From: Rhizodiscina lignyota
Taxonomy: Eukaryota
Length of the DNA stretch: 62,048 bases
NCBI GenBank assembly: GCA_010015805.1
Contig: ML978134.1
Coordinates: 744,001-806,048 of the forward strand
Reading direction: 5' to 3'
The position numbers and the translations under genes are program-made. Within the stretch, counting starts at the first letter, position 1. Each line of letters starts with the position of its first letter. A model generated the notes under the pieces. It did not search any database, was not told the DNA's origin, and saw only the letters and a program-made list of their open reading frames with translations. Below, piece after piece: positions 11,632-21,882 of this stretch.

Positions 11632-12285
11632 ATGTTGGATCCCATATCCGCAGCGTCCGGGCTGGCCACTATTGCGAACACTAGCGCAAAGCTTGCGTGT
11701 AGTCTCTTCGACATAGTATACCGAATCAAAGAGGCTCGCAAGGAAGTGAAAGCGATCGCAGATGAACTCAAACTTCTATCATCTATGCTCATGTCACCTG
11801 GCGATCTGTTGAAGGGGGGGGGAGGCTGACCAGTGCAAACCACGACTCTTGGAGGATTTGCATTCTACAATGGATCGGGTCGAAGAGCAACAGAAAGAGT
11901 TGGAACACTTCATTGGTAATAGGCGTAGGGACAGATTCAAGTGGAGTTTAGCACCAAGCCGTGCGAAATCACACTTATCATCTGTGAAGATGTTGAAGTC
12001 GTCTATACATCTGCAGCTGAGCGTTATGCAAGCAACCATGATGCAACGAAAATCCCAAGAGCAAGTTTTGCCCAGCAGTTCAAAACATATGTGAATTGTC
12101 ACTAATATGCCGAATTCTGTAGACCTAAACCAACTTCCTCCGAGGTCAAGGGCTCCCCAATGGATGTATTCAGACGAGTTGCCTGTCGTGTTTTGTTAAT
12201 GGCAGCTCAATCTCATCGCCGAATACTTGATGAAAGACTCAACCACGAACCAACCCACCGGCCTCCCACGGCCCACGACATTTAG
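11632..12285 (+). pseudogene. HeLo-like / fungal STAND N-terminal domain gene, frameshifted in a G9 run (or an assembly error)
   Basis: Starts MLDPISAASGLATIANTSAKLACSLFDIVYRIKEARKEVKAIADELKLL, typical of these domains. Removing one G from 11814-11822 gives ...KGGEADQCKPRLLEDLHSTMDRV...RDRFKWSLAPSRAKSHLSSVKMLKSSIHLQLSVMQ. A possible GC-AG intron 12061-12122 leads to a stop at 12283-12285. Confidence 0.7.
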
Positions 12286-13036
12286 TCAGATATCAAGTGC
12301 GACTCAATGAACTGGCCTCTTCACTTTATCGTTTGACGCTCACGCCCGCTCCCCCTGCAGAAGTTCAACAGGACGCGACGCAAGCAACGATGAATGACAC
12401 TAATACAGCTACCTCCGCGCGACATTTCAATGTAAATAGGGCAACTACGCCACTTAAATTCACTGTTTATACTGATGGGACCATCCGCGGCTGGGCGGCT
12501 CGAGCACAGAGCACAACAGAGTCAGAAGGAGAGCCTTCCAATCACGCAACGATAATCAGGTTAGAACGGCTCGAAATGCATCACGGAGAAGATTCGTAAT
12601 ACAACTTCGCAATCTGGACGAACTACTATTGTGGATAATTTTTTGGATTGAAATTTTGAGCTAATTACCTCGTCATCATTGACGGGACTTCAATATAATT
12701 CGCCGGCGCTATGCAAGCCAGCCAGAACAATCACGACTCCATTAGCTTCCACGTATCCAAAGGACGATTTTTAATGCCGCCCTTGTATTTCAAGGAGAGT
12801 TATATCCACAAAGGAAAAAGATGAATGATGCTCCAAAGACAAAGATGTTTTGCCAATCTGTATAGTTCCAGCAAGCCCTTTCTGAGTGCGCATTGAGAGG
12901 GGTGTAATCCAGTCTCGGGGTATCAAAACCGCTCCAGGTGCAAATCGAGCCAAAGAGTGAAAATTGAGAAAGAAGAAGCGAACGTACAGCAATGAACTCA
13001 TCCCGCCAGTGACAAAAGAAAATCAATTTTCATCTA

Positions 13037-16000
13037 CTACATTCCCGCACCAAACGTCTCAAACGGCGCCACATCTCCTTCTACTGTGCTCTCGTCATCG
13101 TAGAATCCTTGGGCGGAGAACTCGCCGCTTGCAGTCTCGGCATCTTGATCATAGCTTGCTTTCCTCAGAAGTGGAGGCGTTGCTAGTCGCGGTGGTGGAG
13201 ACAGGACCCTATCGAACGCGGGTTGCTTCTCTGCTCGACGCGTCGTTCGCGGTGAGACATTTCCTCTGCTAGTTGAAGCGGAGGAGTACGATGACATCGG
13301 CCTCGTCATTTCAGTATCCGGTGGCCCGCCCGCTGCGTTGTGCGGCGACGGCGTTCTCCTCAAGTTTGATTGAGGCGGCGTCATGAGCCCAGAGAGGAAA
13401 TTTTGCGCATTAGCTGATGGTTTGGAGGGAGTTTGTGTGCGACTGCTACTGGTTGACATCGATTGCGCAGCCAGTCCAAGACCGCTAGGCGCGCCAACTG
13501 TCGAGCTCTTCCTCCAATTACCAATGGCCGCTGCTAGCTGCGCTGCCCTTGGACTCGCGAAGTTGCTTAGGCTGGCCAACGCAGGCATGACTTGCGCTTG
13601 CACTCCTCCGACAAGACCGCCATTCATCAGCCTCTCCTTCTCTTGGAGCTCCATCTGCAAGCTAGTCCTGATGCGGATCGCGGCATTGCGCACAGCGTCG
13701 CGGTTGAAGGTTGGCTGCGCCAGTGCGTTAATGAGCTCTGAAAGATCATCTTGACGAACGCCCAAAAGTTCACGGAGCCAGTTTATCTCCGTGTCGCGCT
13801 CCTTGAGCTTGTTAGGCGCATCCTTGTCGACGGCAGAGAGCTCGGACTCAAGATCTTCGATGCGAGATTCGCGCGCTTGAAGTTGCTCTTGAAGGACGGC
13901 GATGGATTCGCGGAGAGCTTGGGGAGAGATCTTCTGTGGAAACCTAGCGGCTGGTGCAATAGTTTGAGCTTGGACTGCCATTGGAGCAGTTGGCGATGTA
14001 GCTTTCGCAGACTGCGCTGCAATAACAGCAGCATGAGCAGCCGACTTGGCAACCTCAAGCTTCTCTTCGAGATGCAGGACCTTGTCTTGCAAATGCTCAG
14101 TCTTTGCATCCGACAATGTCAACTTCTCATTCAGAAGCTGCTCCGAGCGTGCTTTGTCCTCAACCACTCTGCCGAGCTCAAGTCTATGTTCTGCAGCCAT
14201 CCTTGCCTCGCTCCAGGAACGTTCTTCACGAAGAGTGTCAAGAGCACGTGCATGCTGCTGTCTGAGTTCTTCGAGCTGTCTTTCGTAAATGGAAGTTTGC
14301 TCTTGTAGCGCCATGTCTCTGGCGTCCTGGGCATCGCGTAAAGCATCTCTCTTCGCATCCGCCTCTTGCTCAAGAATGAGCTCATGCCGCTCCTTCGCCG
14401 TATCTGCGTCCATCTTGACATTCTCCAGTTGCGTGTGCACCCTCGCAACCTCCGCTTCCAGATCAGCGCGCACGATGTTGACTTGGCCATTGAGTGCGTC
14501 AATCTCAGCCTGCATAAGGACGCGCGTACGCTGGACCTCAGCACGACCCGACTCTCTCGCTTCGCGGAACTCGTGTGCATACTGATCAGCCGTCTTCTGG
14601 TGCTCCGAACACTCATGCTTCAGGCTGCTGACAAGCTCTTCAAGCCGGGCGTTAGAAGCTTGAGTCTCATCAAGCATAACCTTGAGCTTCATGCCTTCCC
14701 TCTCCTGCTTCTCCAATCGCTCCATCTCTTGCTCCAGCCTCTCCCTCGTGCGAGCTTCGGCACCAAGGCGAGCAGTGAGGACTTCGTATCGCTTGCGATG
14801 CTCCTCGTCGTCACGGTTCCATTTCGCCTGCTGCTGTGCCATCTGGTTCGCCGCGGTAGACATCTCTAGCCGAAGGTTGCTAAGCCTGCCGCGCATGGAT
14901 TCACGGACGCGCATTGCCTCCTGGGCTTGGAATTGCATAGCATCGAGAGTGTTGGCCAGTTTCTCCTTCTCCTGGTTAGAGGCTTCGAGATCGTTCCTCC
15001 AATTGTCATGTGAGATGCGATACTCTTTGAGCGTTTCCTGTAGTGCGGAGTTCTGATCAGCGAGGCTTGACAGCTTGTTCTCCTGTTCTGCGATTTGGTC
15101 CTTAAGGGCGCGCCTCTCCTTCTCGAAGGCTTTGTTCATCTCATCCTCATCGCGAGTGGCGGCCTTCAACAGCTTGAGCTCCTCGTCGGCAAGGGTAAGC
15201 TGTCTGATGACATTCTCTTCTCTTGTTTCTGCTGACTTGCGGGCCTCTAGGGCTTGGTCGGCCTTGACGCTCAATTCCGCCATAGTCCTAGTTAGCTCGG
15301 CGATTTGTAGTGATTCAGGACCCAATGCTGTAATCGCATCACCTCTGTCAACAGCGTCCTCTTTCTGCTTCGCGAGAGTTTCCTCAACCATTTCTCTCAC
15401 TTCATCAAGTTGCAAAGTCTTCGAAGCAAAGAACGCCGCGCTGGCTTTGACATCTGCAATTGCTTGGTAGAACTCGGTAGCATCGATGCCAAGGCCAGAT
15501 GGAGGCGTTGAAACATCTTCTTTAGGTGGAGTCTGCTGTCTCTGCGGCTGCGTCGCAGCCATGAGGGCCTCCTGCACCACCGCTTTGATCTTGTCCATCC
15601 GCCTATCACGCGGCACCGAGCGGGACCGCACAGGCGAACCCACTTGCTCGTCTTCTTCATCCTCATCGTCGGCATCGCTGTCTTCTCTTGATCTACGCAT
15701 AGCATGCCGCGAGACAGCACGATTAGAGAGCACCACCAGGTTCTCCTGCATAGCGAGTAGTGTCTTCTCAAGAGGCTCGAGCCTCGTACTCAATGCGTCA
15801 TTGAGCAAGCTATCGACATGCTTGTCAAAGAACCTGCTCCTTGGCTGAACCTTGTCGTCTTCAGTCGAGGAGATAATATCATCCCAATCATCACCCTGCT
15901 GCTCAGCTTGCTGCGCTAATAGGAGGGCCGGTGCTGGGCTCTCATATGCTGCTGCTGCTTGATCGCCAAACGGATCAACCCGAGGTACAGCACTCTCCTC

Positions 16001-19000
16001 TTCCTCTTCCTCCTCGATTTCCTCGTCCTGCATGTCAGGCTGAACAGCATGTTGGTGTGATTGAAGGCGACGCGGGCTGGGGCTTGGTGCGTCACTTCTG
16101 AATACTTGTACTGGTGGTTTGAGATCTGGAGTATCGAAGCTAGTAGCGGTGACGGGACGTGAGCTGGATTGCTGAGGCCACGTCGTTTCCGTTCTCTCAA
16201 CACCAATGTCTGAGCCTTCTTCATTAAGCTGCTTCATCACCTCGTCAATATCATTGAACGATGCTTGAGCATCGAAATCGAAGTCCTCCGCTCCACTTGC
16301 GCCCCGCGATTCATCGACCGCAGCCTTCTCTGACTCCTGGTCGGAGATGTTGATAATTGGGCTAGAAGCTTGTGGAAGTTGATCTCTCATCTGCTGCGCC
16401 ACGTCAACAACCATCTCCCTCGTATCATCGTCATCGGTGGGAAGTGGCTCCGGTTCAGGCTCCGGTTCAGGTTCAACGGGCCTCTGCATTGACCATGGCC
16501 TGAATTCAAATGGCTTGGCAGTTGCACTGAGACTGCTCTTCTGTCTCGCATGTTTCGGCTTGGGTTTGTCCTCCTCGCTAATGCCTGCAGCAACGCTGCT
16601 AAGCTTCTGGAACAGGCTGACATCACTGTGCGCATCGTGAAAGTCATTATCCTTATGCTTGCTTGGTTCTGAATCAGGGCTCGAGAGGTGCTGTACAAGC
16701 GGAGGATCATTTGTCGGCGTTGTAGAGCCCTCTTTAGCAAGTAAGTTAGGATCTTGCATGTTTTCGAGATCAAGCGGATGCGAAGGGTATGCAAACTGCG
16801 GTACCGAGTCTCCCTCATCGTCGACGCGGCGAGCACGCTTCTGCCTTCCATCCGACTGTATGGGGCGTCCATCCTCGTCTTCTTGCTGCTCTTCACTGGC
16901 GGTGTGCTGTGGAGAACTTGGTTTGACAATAGGAATAGCCTTAGACTTCTTAGCAGGCTTCACAATGTCATCAAAGTTGATGGGAGAAAAGATTCTATTG
17001 CGAGTGTCGTTGTTGGCATCATGGGTCGAACCAATCGACATGCCTGGTTGGAAGGCCGGCGCGTCTGGCTTGAATGACTTTGTCGACGAATCAAAATTAA
17101 AGTCCTGACTGAAGTTTGAGCCGAAAGAGGCGCTCGGGTTGAATTCAGGCGCTCTGAGGTTCGCTCCCAGGCCGTTGAGGGGCTGCGTGACGTGCGTAAA
17201 AGGAGGAGCTTTTGCAGATGGCTGGAAAGAAAACGCTGCCGGGGAGAAGATACCTGGATTGAACGAAGCACTAGGATTGAACGAAGCGCTAGGATTGAAC
17301 TTAAACTCCTTTGCATCAACATTGAATCTCGACACTGAGGATGCCTTGGACACATGACCAGATGTGGTATACGAGTCTGTTGTCGGGCTGGTGAGCTGGT
17401 CAAATGAGTCTTCGCCTTTTGATACGCTAGACGGAGTCCCATCGGTTGGAGCTGCTGGCTTGTCTTCCGGCTCAATAGTCTTCTCGCGATCCTCCGTGGG
17501 GCTTTCGGGATCAGGATTGGTAACTTTGAGTGTTGAGGGCACTGGCTCATCATCCTCTTCAACAGGTTCTTCAGGAGGCTCGTTAGCGAGCTGGCTATCA
17601 TCAACGAATTCTTTCTTCATAAAATCTTCCAGATGATAGCCATCTTTTTCGACATCCCGTTCCAATTGCACACTAACGTTCTTACTGTGCCGCGGTCTTG
17701 GATTAGCAATTTCCGGGCGCACTGCTTTAGCGTGCTCAATCGGGACTTCCTCTTCATCTTCAACCTCAGGTACTTCCTGGAGCTCTTTCAGCACGGACGA
17801 TGGCCGCCCAATGAGGAACTGTTGTTGCTGTGTCGCCTGAGTGTGCTGATGAGCCTGCAATTGCTGCTGTTGACGTTGCATATGCGCAAGCAGGTCATCG
17901 CGCGCGCCAAATGGAAAGCTCTGCTGACCAGGGAAGTTGAATGGAGATATCGGAGACTTGGCGCCACCAGCTGACACAGGCGGCGGCGCTGACAGGGCAG
18001 AAACCGCAGGAGACGCTGCGCTCACACTGCCATTGGGGAAATGCTGTGGTGACCAGCGCGACATTCCGGGAGGTGTGGGCTGGGGTGGGAAACTAGGAGG
18101 CGAAACGAACATGGATTGTCTGTGCATATGTCCCATTGCACGAGGATTGCCCCCCATGGAGGAAATAGGAGAGGCCATCGACTGCCTCGATTGATGTCCA
18201 GGAACAAAGCCAGGTGGAAACCCAGGGATTTGTTGATGGCTAGCCGCAGATGATGAGAGCGGAGGCGGCGAAAACGCCGTAAATTGACCAAACTGCGATG
18301 ATGATTGGCGAGACAGAGGCGCACTTGATGGTGCAGGAGGTTCATCTCCAAGTGAAACGCCGAGGCGACGGAGTTTCTCTTCTGTGAGAAATTGCACGTA
18401 ATCGTCCCAATCCTTCTTGACCGGAATACGAACATGTGGCTTTGGGCCGGATCGCATATGATCGTGGCTTTCAGGGTAGATGGCACGATTTTGCGATTGG
18501 ATTGCAGACTCATATAGAGTTACACCTCCACTCCAATGACTGAAACCGCGCGTATCATAACCAGCTCTCTCGAAGTTTTCGAGCTTCTTCGCAACCTCAT
18601 ATGGGGTCAATGGGATCAAAGGTGCGCCACTAGTGTCTCGCGGAATGTCATTTGGCAGCAATATCCAGCATGTCTTGCCCTTGCAGACGACACGCTTCTT
18701 TGATGGCGGAGTCCCAGCAGGTCTTAAAGATCCTATCGAGTCCATTGGATTCGAGTCCTGGGTATTTGCAGGCGATGCAATGCCATCAAACATTGGTTCC
18801 TGGGTCTTCACATCCAGGGCTGTTTCCTGGCGCGTGGGGGGAGCTGGTCGCCGTTCTTCGGGGAGAGACTTTGGTACCCTAGCCCATTTTGATTCTATCA
18901 TATTGTCGGCTGCGTCTCTTCTCTGCTTGCCGAGAGCTTCCCAGATATCTTCTTGTCGCACTGTAAGATTACGCTGCCGTGGCTTGTGTCCCTTCTGTCC

Positions 19001-19696
19001 CTCAGCAACGGTCGAGGATTGCTCCAGTGTGGGTTTTGCGGAGAGGACCAACCGAGAGAGATCCCACTCGCCGATGCTACCTTGGCTTGAGGATCGATCT
19101 CCAGTCGAGGAAGCGTCGCTTGGTGAATTGCTCTGCTCAGCGACCAAGCTGTCGTCCAGGGGTGACCGTGCCCTCTGAAGCGCGTCCTTGATCGATCGAA
19201 TACCACGGGTTGGTGTGCTTGGCCTGGTCGGTGTCAAGCCTTGATATGTGGGCAGACGAGAAGGAAGTAGATGTGAAAGGCCAAATCGCTGCGGCGAGCT
19301 GTCGTCAACGTCGTCGCTGCCAACGGCCAAGCTACTCTTCCTCGTAGAGACGTCGCTGTAGCCCGCTGGGATCTTCTGATACGGGCTTCCCCAGCTAGCA
19401 GTGTAGTATCCCTTTTCACTCGTTGAGGACGGTCCCTCAGAAGCAGCCAATGGCGTTTCCCCTAACCTTGCAACTGATGGAAACGGCGGTAGCGGCGGTA
19501 ACTCTGGACTGGATGCGGCGAGTGTTTGCGTAGGAGATAGGGCTTGCTCTTCCTCTGGAACTTCTGGAGGCGAAGTGTACGCGAGCGGTGTCTCGTGTCG
19601 GCTTCGTTCTCCCTCCGGCGGCTGTGTCGCTGGAGTCGCTGGCGGAGGCGACGAGGCAAGGTCTACGCTCGACGCTGTGCTTGTTCGCGATCGCAT
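13037..19696 (-). CDS. Large (2219 aa) protein: low-complexity N-terminal half with PAM2-like motifs and a long C-terminal coiled coil; no myosin motor domain
   Basis: Single 6.66 kb ORF. The N-terminal half is S/P/Q-rich and about 550 aa of the C-terminal half is E/K/R/Q/L heptad-rich. No GESGAGKT myosin P-loop was seen. Confidence 0.85.
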   Translation of the reverse strand: MRSRTSTASSVDLASSPPPATPATQPPEGERSRHETPLAYTSPPEVPEEEQALSPTQTLAASSPELPPLPPFPSVARLGETPLAASEGPSSTSEKGYYTASWGSPYQKIPAGYSDVSTRKSSLAVGSDDVDDSSPQRFGLSHLLPSRLPTYQGLTPTRPSTPTRGIRSIKDALQRARSPLDDSLVAEQSNSPSDASSTGDRSSSQGSIGEWDLSRLVLSAKPTLEQSSTVAEGQKGHKPRQRNLTVRQEDIWEALGKQRRDAADNMIESKWARVPKSLPEERRPAPPTRQETALDVKTQEPMFDGIASPANTQDSNPMDSIGSLRPAGTPPSKKRVVCKGKTCWILLPNDIPRDTSGAPLIPLTPYEVAKKLENFERAGYDTRGFSHWSGGVTLYESAIQSQNRAIYPESHDHMRSGPKPHVRIPVKKDWDDYVQFLTEEKLRRLGVSLGDEPPAPSSAPLSRQSSSQFGQFTAFSPPPLSSSAASHQQIPGFPPGFVPGHQSRQSMASPISSMGGNPRAMGHMHRQSMFVSPPSFPPQPTPPGMSRWSPQHFPNGSVSAASPAVSALSAPPPVSAGGAKSPISPFNFPGQQSFPFGARDDLLAHMQRQQQQLQAHQHTQATQQQQFLIGRPSSVLKELQEVPEVEDEEEVPIEHAKAVRPEIANPRPRHSKNVSVQLERDVEKDGYHLEDFMKKEFVDDSQLANEPPEEPVEEDDEPVPSTLKVTNPDPESPTEDREKTIEPEDKPAAPTDGTPSSVSKGEDSFDQLTSPTTDSYTTSGHVSKASSVSRFNVDAKEFKFNPSASFNPSASFNPGIFSPAAFSFQPSAKAPPFTHVTQPLNGLGANLRAPEFNPSASFGSNFSQDFNFDSSTKSFKPDAPAFQPGMSIGSTHDANNDTRNRIFSPINFDDIVKPAKKSKAIPIVKPSSPQHTASEEQQEDEDGRPIQSDGRQKRARRVDDEGDSVPQFAYPSHPLDLENMQDPNLLAKEGSTTPTNDPPLVQHLSSPDSEPSKHKDNDFHDAHSDVSLFQKLSSVAAGISEEDKPKPKHARQKSSLSATAKPFEFRPWSMQRPVEPEPEPEPEPLPTDDDDTREMVVDVAQQMRDQLPQASSPIINISDQESEKAAVDESRGASGAEDFDFDAQASFNDIDEVMKQLNEEGSDIGVERTETTWPQQSSSRPVTATSFDTPDLKPPVQVFRSDAPSPSPRRLQSHQHAVQPDMQDEEIEEEEEEESAVPRVDPFGDQAAAAYESPAPALLLAQQAEQQGDDWDDIISSTEDDKVQPRSRFFDKHVDSLLNDALSTRLEPLEKTLLAMQENLVVLSNRAVSRHAMRRSREDSDADDEDEEDEQVGSPVRSRSVPRDRRMDKIKAVVQEALMAATQPQRQQTPPKEDVSTPPSGLGIDATEFYQAIADVKASAAFFASKTLQLDEVREMVEETLAKQKEDAVDRGDAITALGPESLQIAELTRTMAELSVKADQALEARKSAETREENVIRQLTLADEELKLLKAATRDEDEMNKAFEKERRALKDQIAEQENKLSSLADQNSALQETLKEYRISHDNWRNDLEASNQEKEKLANTLDAMQFQAQEAMRVRESMRGRLSNLRLEMSTAANQMAQQQAKWNRDDEEHRKRYEVLTARLGAEARTRERLEQEMERLEKQEREGMKLKVMLDETQASNARLEELVSSLKHECSEHQKTADQYAHEFREARESGRAEVQRTRVLMQAEIDALNGQVNIVRADLEAEVARVHTQLENVKMDADTAKERHELILEQEADAKRDALRDAQDARDMALQEQTSIYERQLEELRQQHARALDTLREERSWSEARMAAEHRLELGRVVEDKARSEQLLNEKLTLSDAKTEHLQDKVLHLEEKLEVAKSAAHAAVIAAQSAKATSPTAPMAVQAQTIAPAARFPQKISPQALRESIAVLQEQLQARESRIEDLESELSAVDKDAPNKLKERDTEINWLRELLGVRQDDLSELINALAQPTFNRDAVRNAAIRIRTSLQMELQEKERLMNGGLVGGVQAQVMPALASLSNFASPRAAQLAAAIGNWRKSSTVGAPSGLGLAAQSMSTSSSRTQTPSKPSANAQNFLSGLMTPPQSNLRRTPSPHNAAGGPPDTEMTRPMSSYSSASTSRGNVSPRTTRRAEKQPAFDRVLSPPPRLATPPLLRKASYDQDAETASGEFSAQGFYDDESTVEGDVAPFETFGAGM

Positions 19697-20389
19697 TCAA
19701 CGGGGAGCTTCGAGCTAGGGCTGCAGCAGCATATTATACGCGTAAATACCAATGTTGACAACAATGGGCGGGCTGCTCTTCGTTGCACGACGCGTTGGGG
19801 TAAGCTGTCGTGGGCTCTCGACGCGCCGCCGCAGCGGTCCGATGTCAAAGGGAATTGTATGTACAAAGGAGAGTGGGTTCAGCAAGTCAAAGGAGTGACA
19901 TGGAGTAGGTACAGAAGCGCGAATCGAGAATGGACGTGTCGACGCAGCGTTTCATGACTTGGGGAGGGTGTTGTGCGTGTGCCCGAGTGAAGAGTGGAAG
20001 AGGTCGACGTTCTGCACTGCTAAAACTTGTTCAGGGAGAGGGTCAGGGGTCTTCCCATTGGACGAATCTCGCCTCCCCCCGACACGACAGCGCATCCCAG
20101 TGGCTCAGCTGCCCGTTCGGGCTCTGGCGAATTTTATCGGCATCGCAATGATTGTGCGAGTGGCTCGCACGGGCTGCATGACTTGTTTCGATTGCTCTAT
20201 ACGGAGTGCCCCGTTTCCACACATGCTTGTGAACGCCCTCCTCCTCCAAACGCCCTGATCGTCAGTGGGACTCTGGATACACAAAGAAAGCGAATCCCAG
20301 GCCACAGCCCCAGCTCATTCATGCATCAACTAATGGCTCGGTATGTGCGGGAAGCCACAAAGCCCAAGCACTACGAAAACGAGATATCA

Positions 20390-21323
20390 TTAAGCAAAGT
20401 CTTCCTCCGCGTTCTCGACGGCGTTCTTGATCCTCAAGAACATTGTCGTCTTCCACGAATCCAATGGACTCAACTGGTTCCACTGGAACAGAGAGCCCTC
20501 GAACGCGTCTTTGTCTCCCTTCTCGATCGCCTCGCCAAGGTCGACCAACAGCTTGTGCTCTCTCTGTGTGGTGAAGTTCGGATCCATCTGCGCATATCCC
20601 TGCAACGCACGGTTGAAGCCCACCATGTCATTTGTGGCAAGGTGGCATATTCCGGCTTTGAATAAATAGTCCTTGACGCTCCACTTCATCGTGTTATTAC
20701 TCAATGAGTCCTTTGCGACCTTCTCGTAGTGCCCTATCGCTTTGTAGTAGTCCTCGGCTAGCGCCGCCAGATCCGCCGCCTTCAGGAAGTTCTTGTTGGC
20801 GATGGACTTGGCGTTATCGTCCTCATACCACTGCCCAGCCGTCTCGAATGCCTCAATCGCGTGCTGGTTGTCTCCCAGATCGATCGAGTATATGTCTCCC
20901 AGTGTCTCCTTATGCGTCGCAGCTCGTCTGAAAGCGCCGCTCAAGGTGTAGTAGTCGATTGCCTGGCTCAGCACCCTCACGCAGCTCTCTGGTGATGTTT
21001 TCCGGTACACTTTTGAAGCTTCCACATAGCTATTTGCTGCATCACCACCCTCCTTCAACTGGTCTTTTTGTATTGCGGCTGCTTTCTCAAAGGCCTGGCC
21101 TGCCGACTCGCCATCCTTTTGTAGCCTGAATGCGTTCGCGGCTTGTGTGTAGAGGTCTGCAGCTTGCTCGAGCTTGTCCGTCTTGCCGCCGAAGAAGGAG
21201 AATCCGCCCTTCCCGCCCGAGGCTGCCTTCTCTGCCTAGTTTGAGATTTAGCATAGAAATCACCGCCGCATCTAAATGATAATACCATACCTGACGGAGA
21301 AGCGCTTGTGGATCTTGAGCCAT
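20390..21323 (-). CDS. SEC17: Vesicular-fusion protein Sec17 (alpha-SNAP)
   Basis: Exon 1 MAQDPQALLRQ, intron 21290-21236, then AEKAASGGKGGFSFFGGKTDKLEQAADLYTQAANAFRLQK...KWSVKDYLFKAGICHLA...DPNFTTQREHKLL...EEDFA, the classic alpha-SNAP signature. Confidence 0.95.
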
Positions 21324-21882
21324 AGTGCGATTCTGTTCTTCTGACGGCGCTTGAGGTGAAGTGTAATTTGGCAAACTGACGGATATGGATCCGAGACGAG
21401 ATGTGTCTGAACCTTCGATGGCGCTCGTACTCTCGAGAAGGGGCGCGGTAACAAGGTGTAAGGCGAAGCTAGTTGTGTTGGGATAATAGGAAGTAGTTCC
21501 TCGAGGTTGTGAGTATGGAAGCTGGTTTAGGCGGTACAAAGGACAGTGGCTTGGGTGGTGGATACAGGTCCCAGCTAGGTCAAGCTCCCCGCTGACGTTG
21601 GTCCCTTACGATACGACAGCCCTCAAGCCACACCTCCGCCCCACCCCGTTGGAGGCCTTGGCACTTGACAGCTAACAACAACATCATGTCGCATCATCAC
21701 ATTTTCTACTTTGTCGGTTTTCAAGAAGCAAAAGCAGCTATCTCAGCCTGTTCGGCTCTTCTGTAATATGAAACGTTTGTGCAATCTCTCCCCATTGGAG
21801 CCATTGCGGATTGCCCCCTCTAACAGCAACGAGGAGTTGGTCGAGATTTAGTAGATGAATGAGATATTGACTCTCCGTACAG

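Noticed and set aside
13037..19696. Myosin heavy chain call
   Set aside because: Only a coiled coil is present; there is no motor-domain P-loop or IQ motifs.
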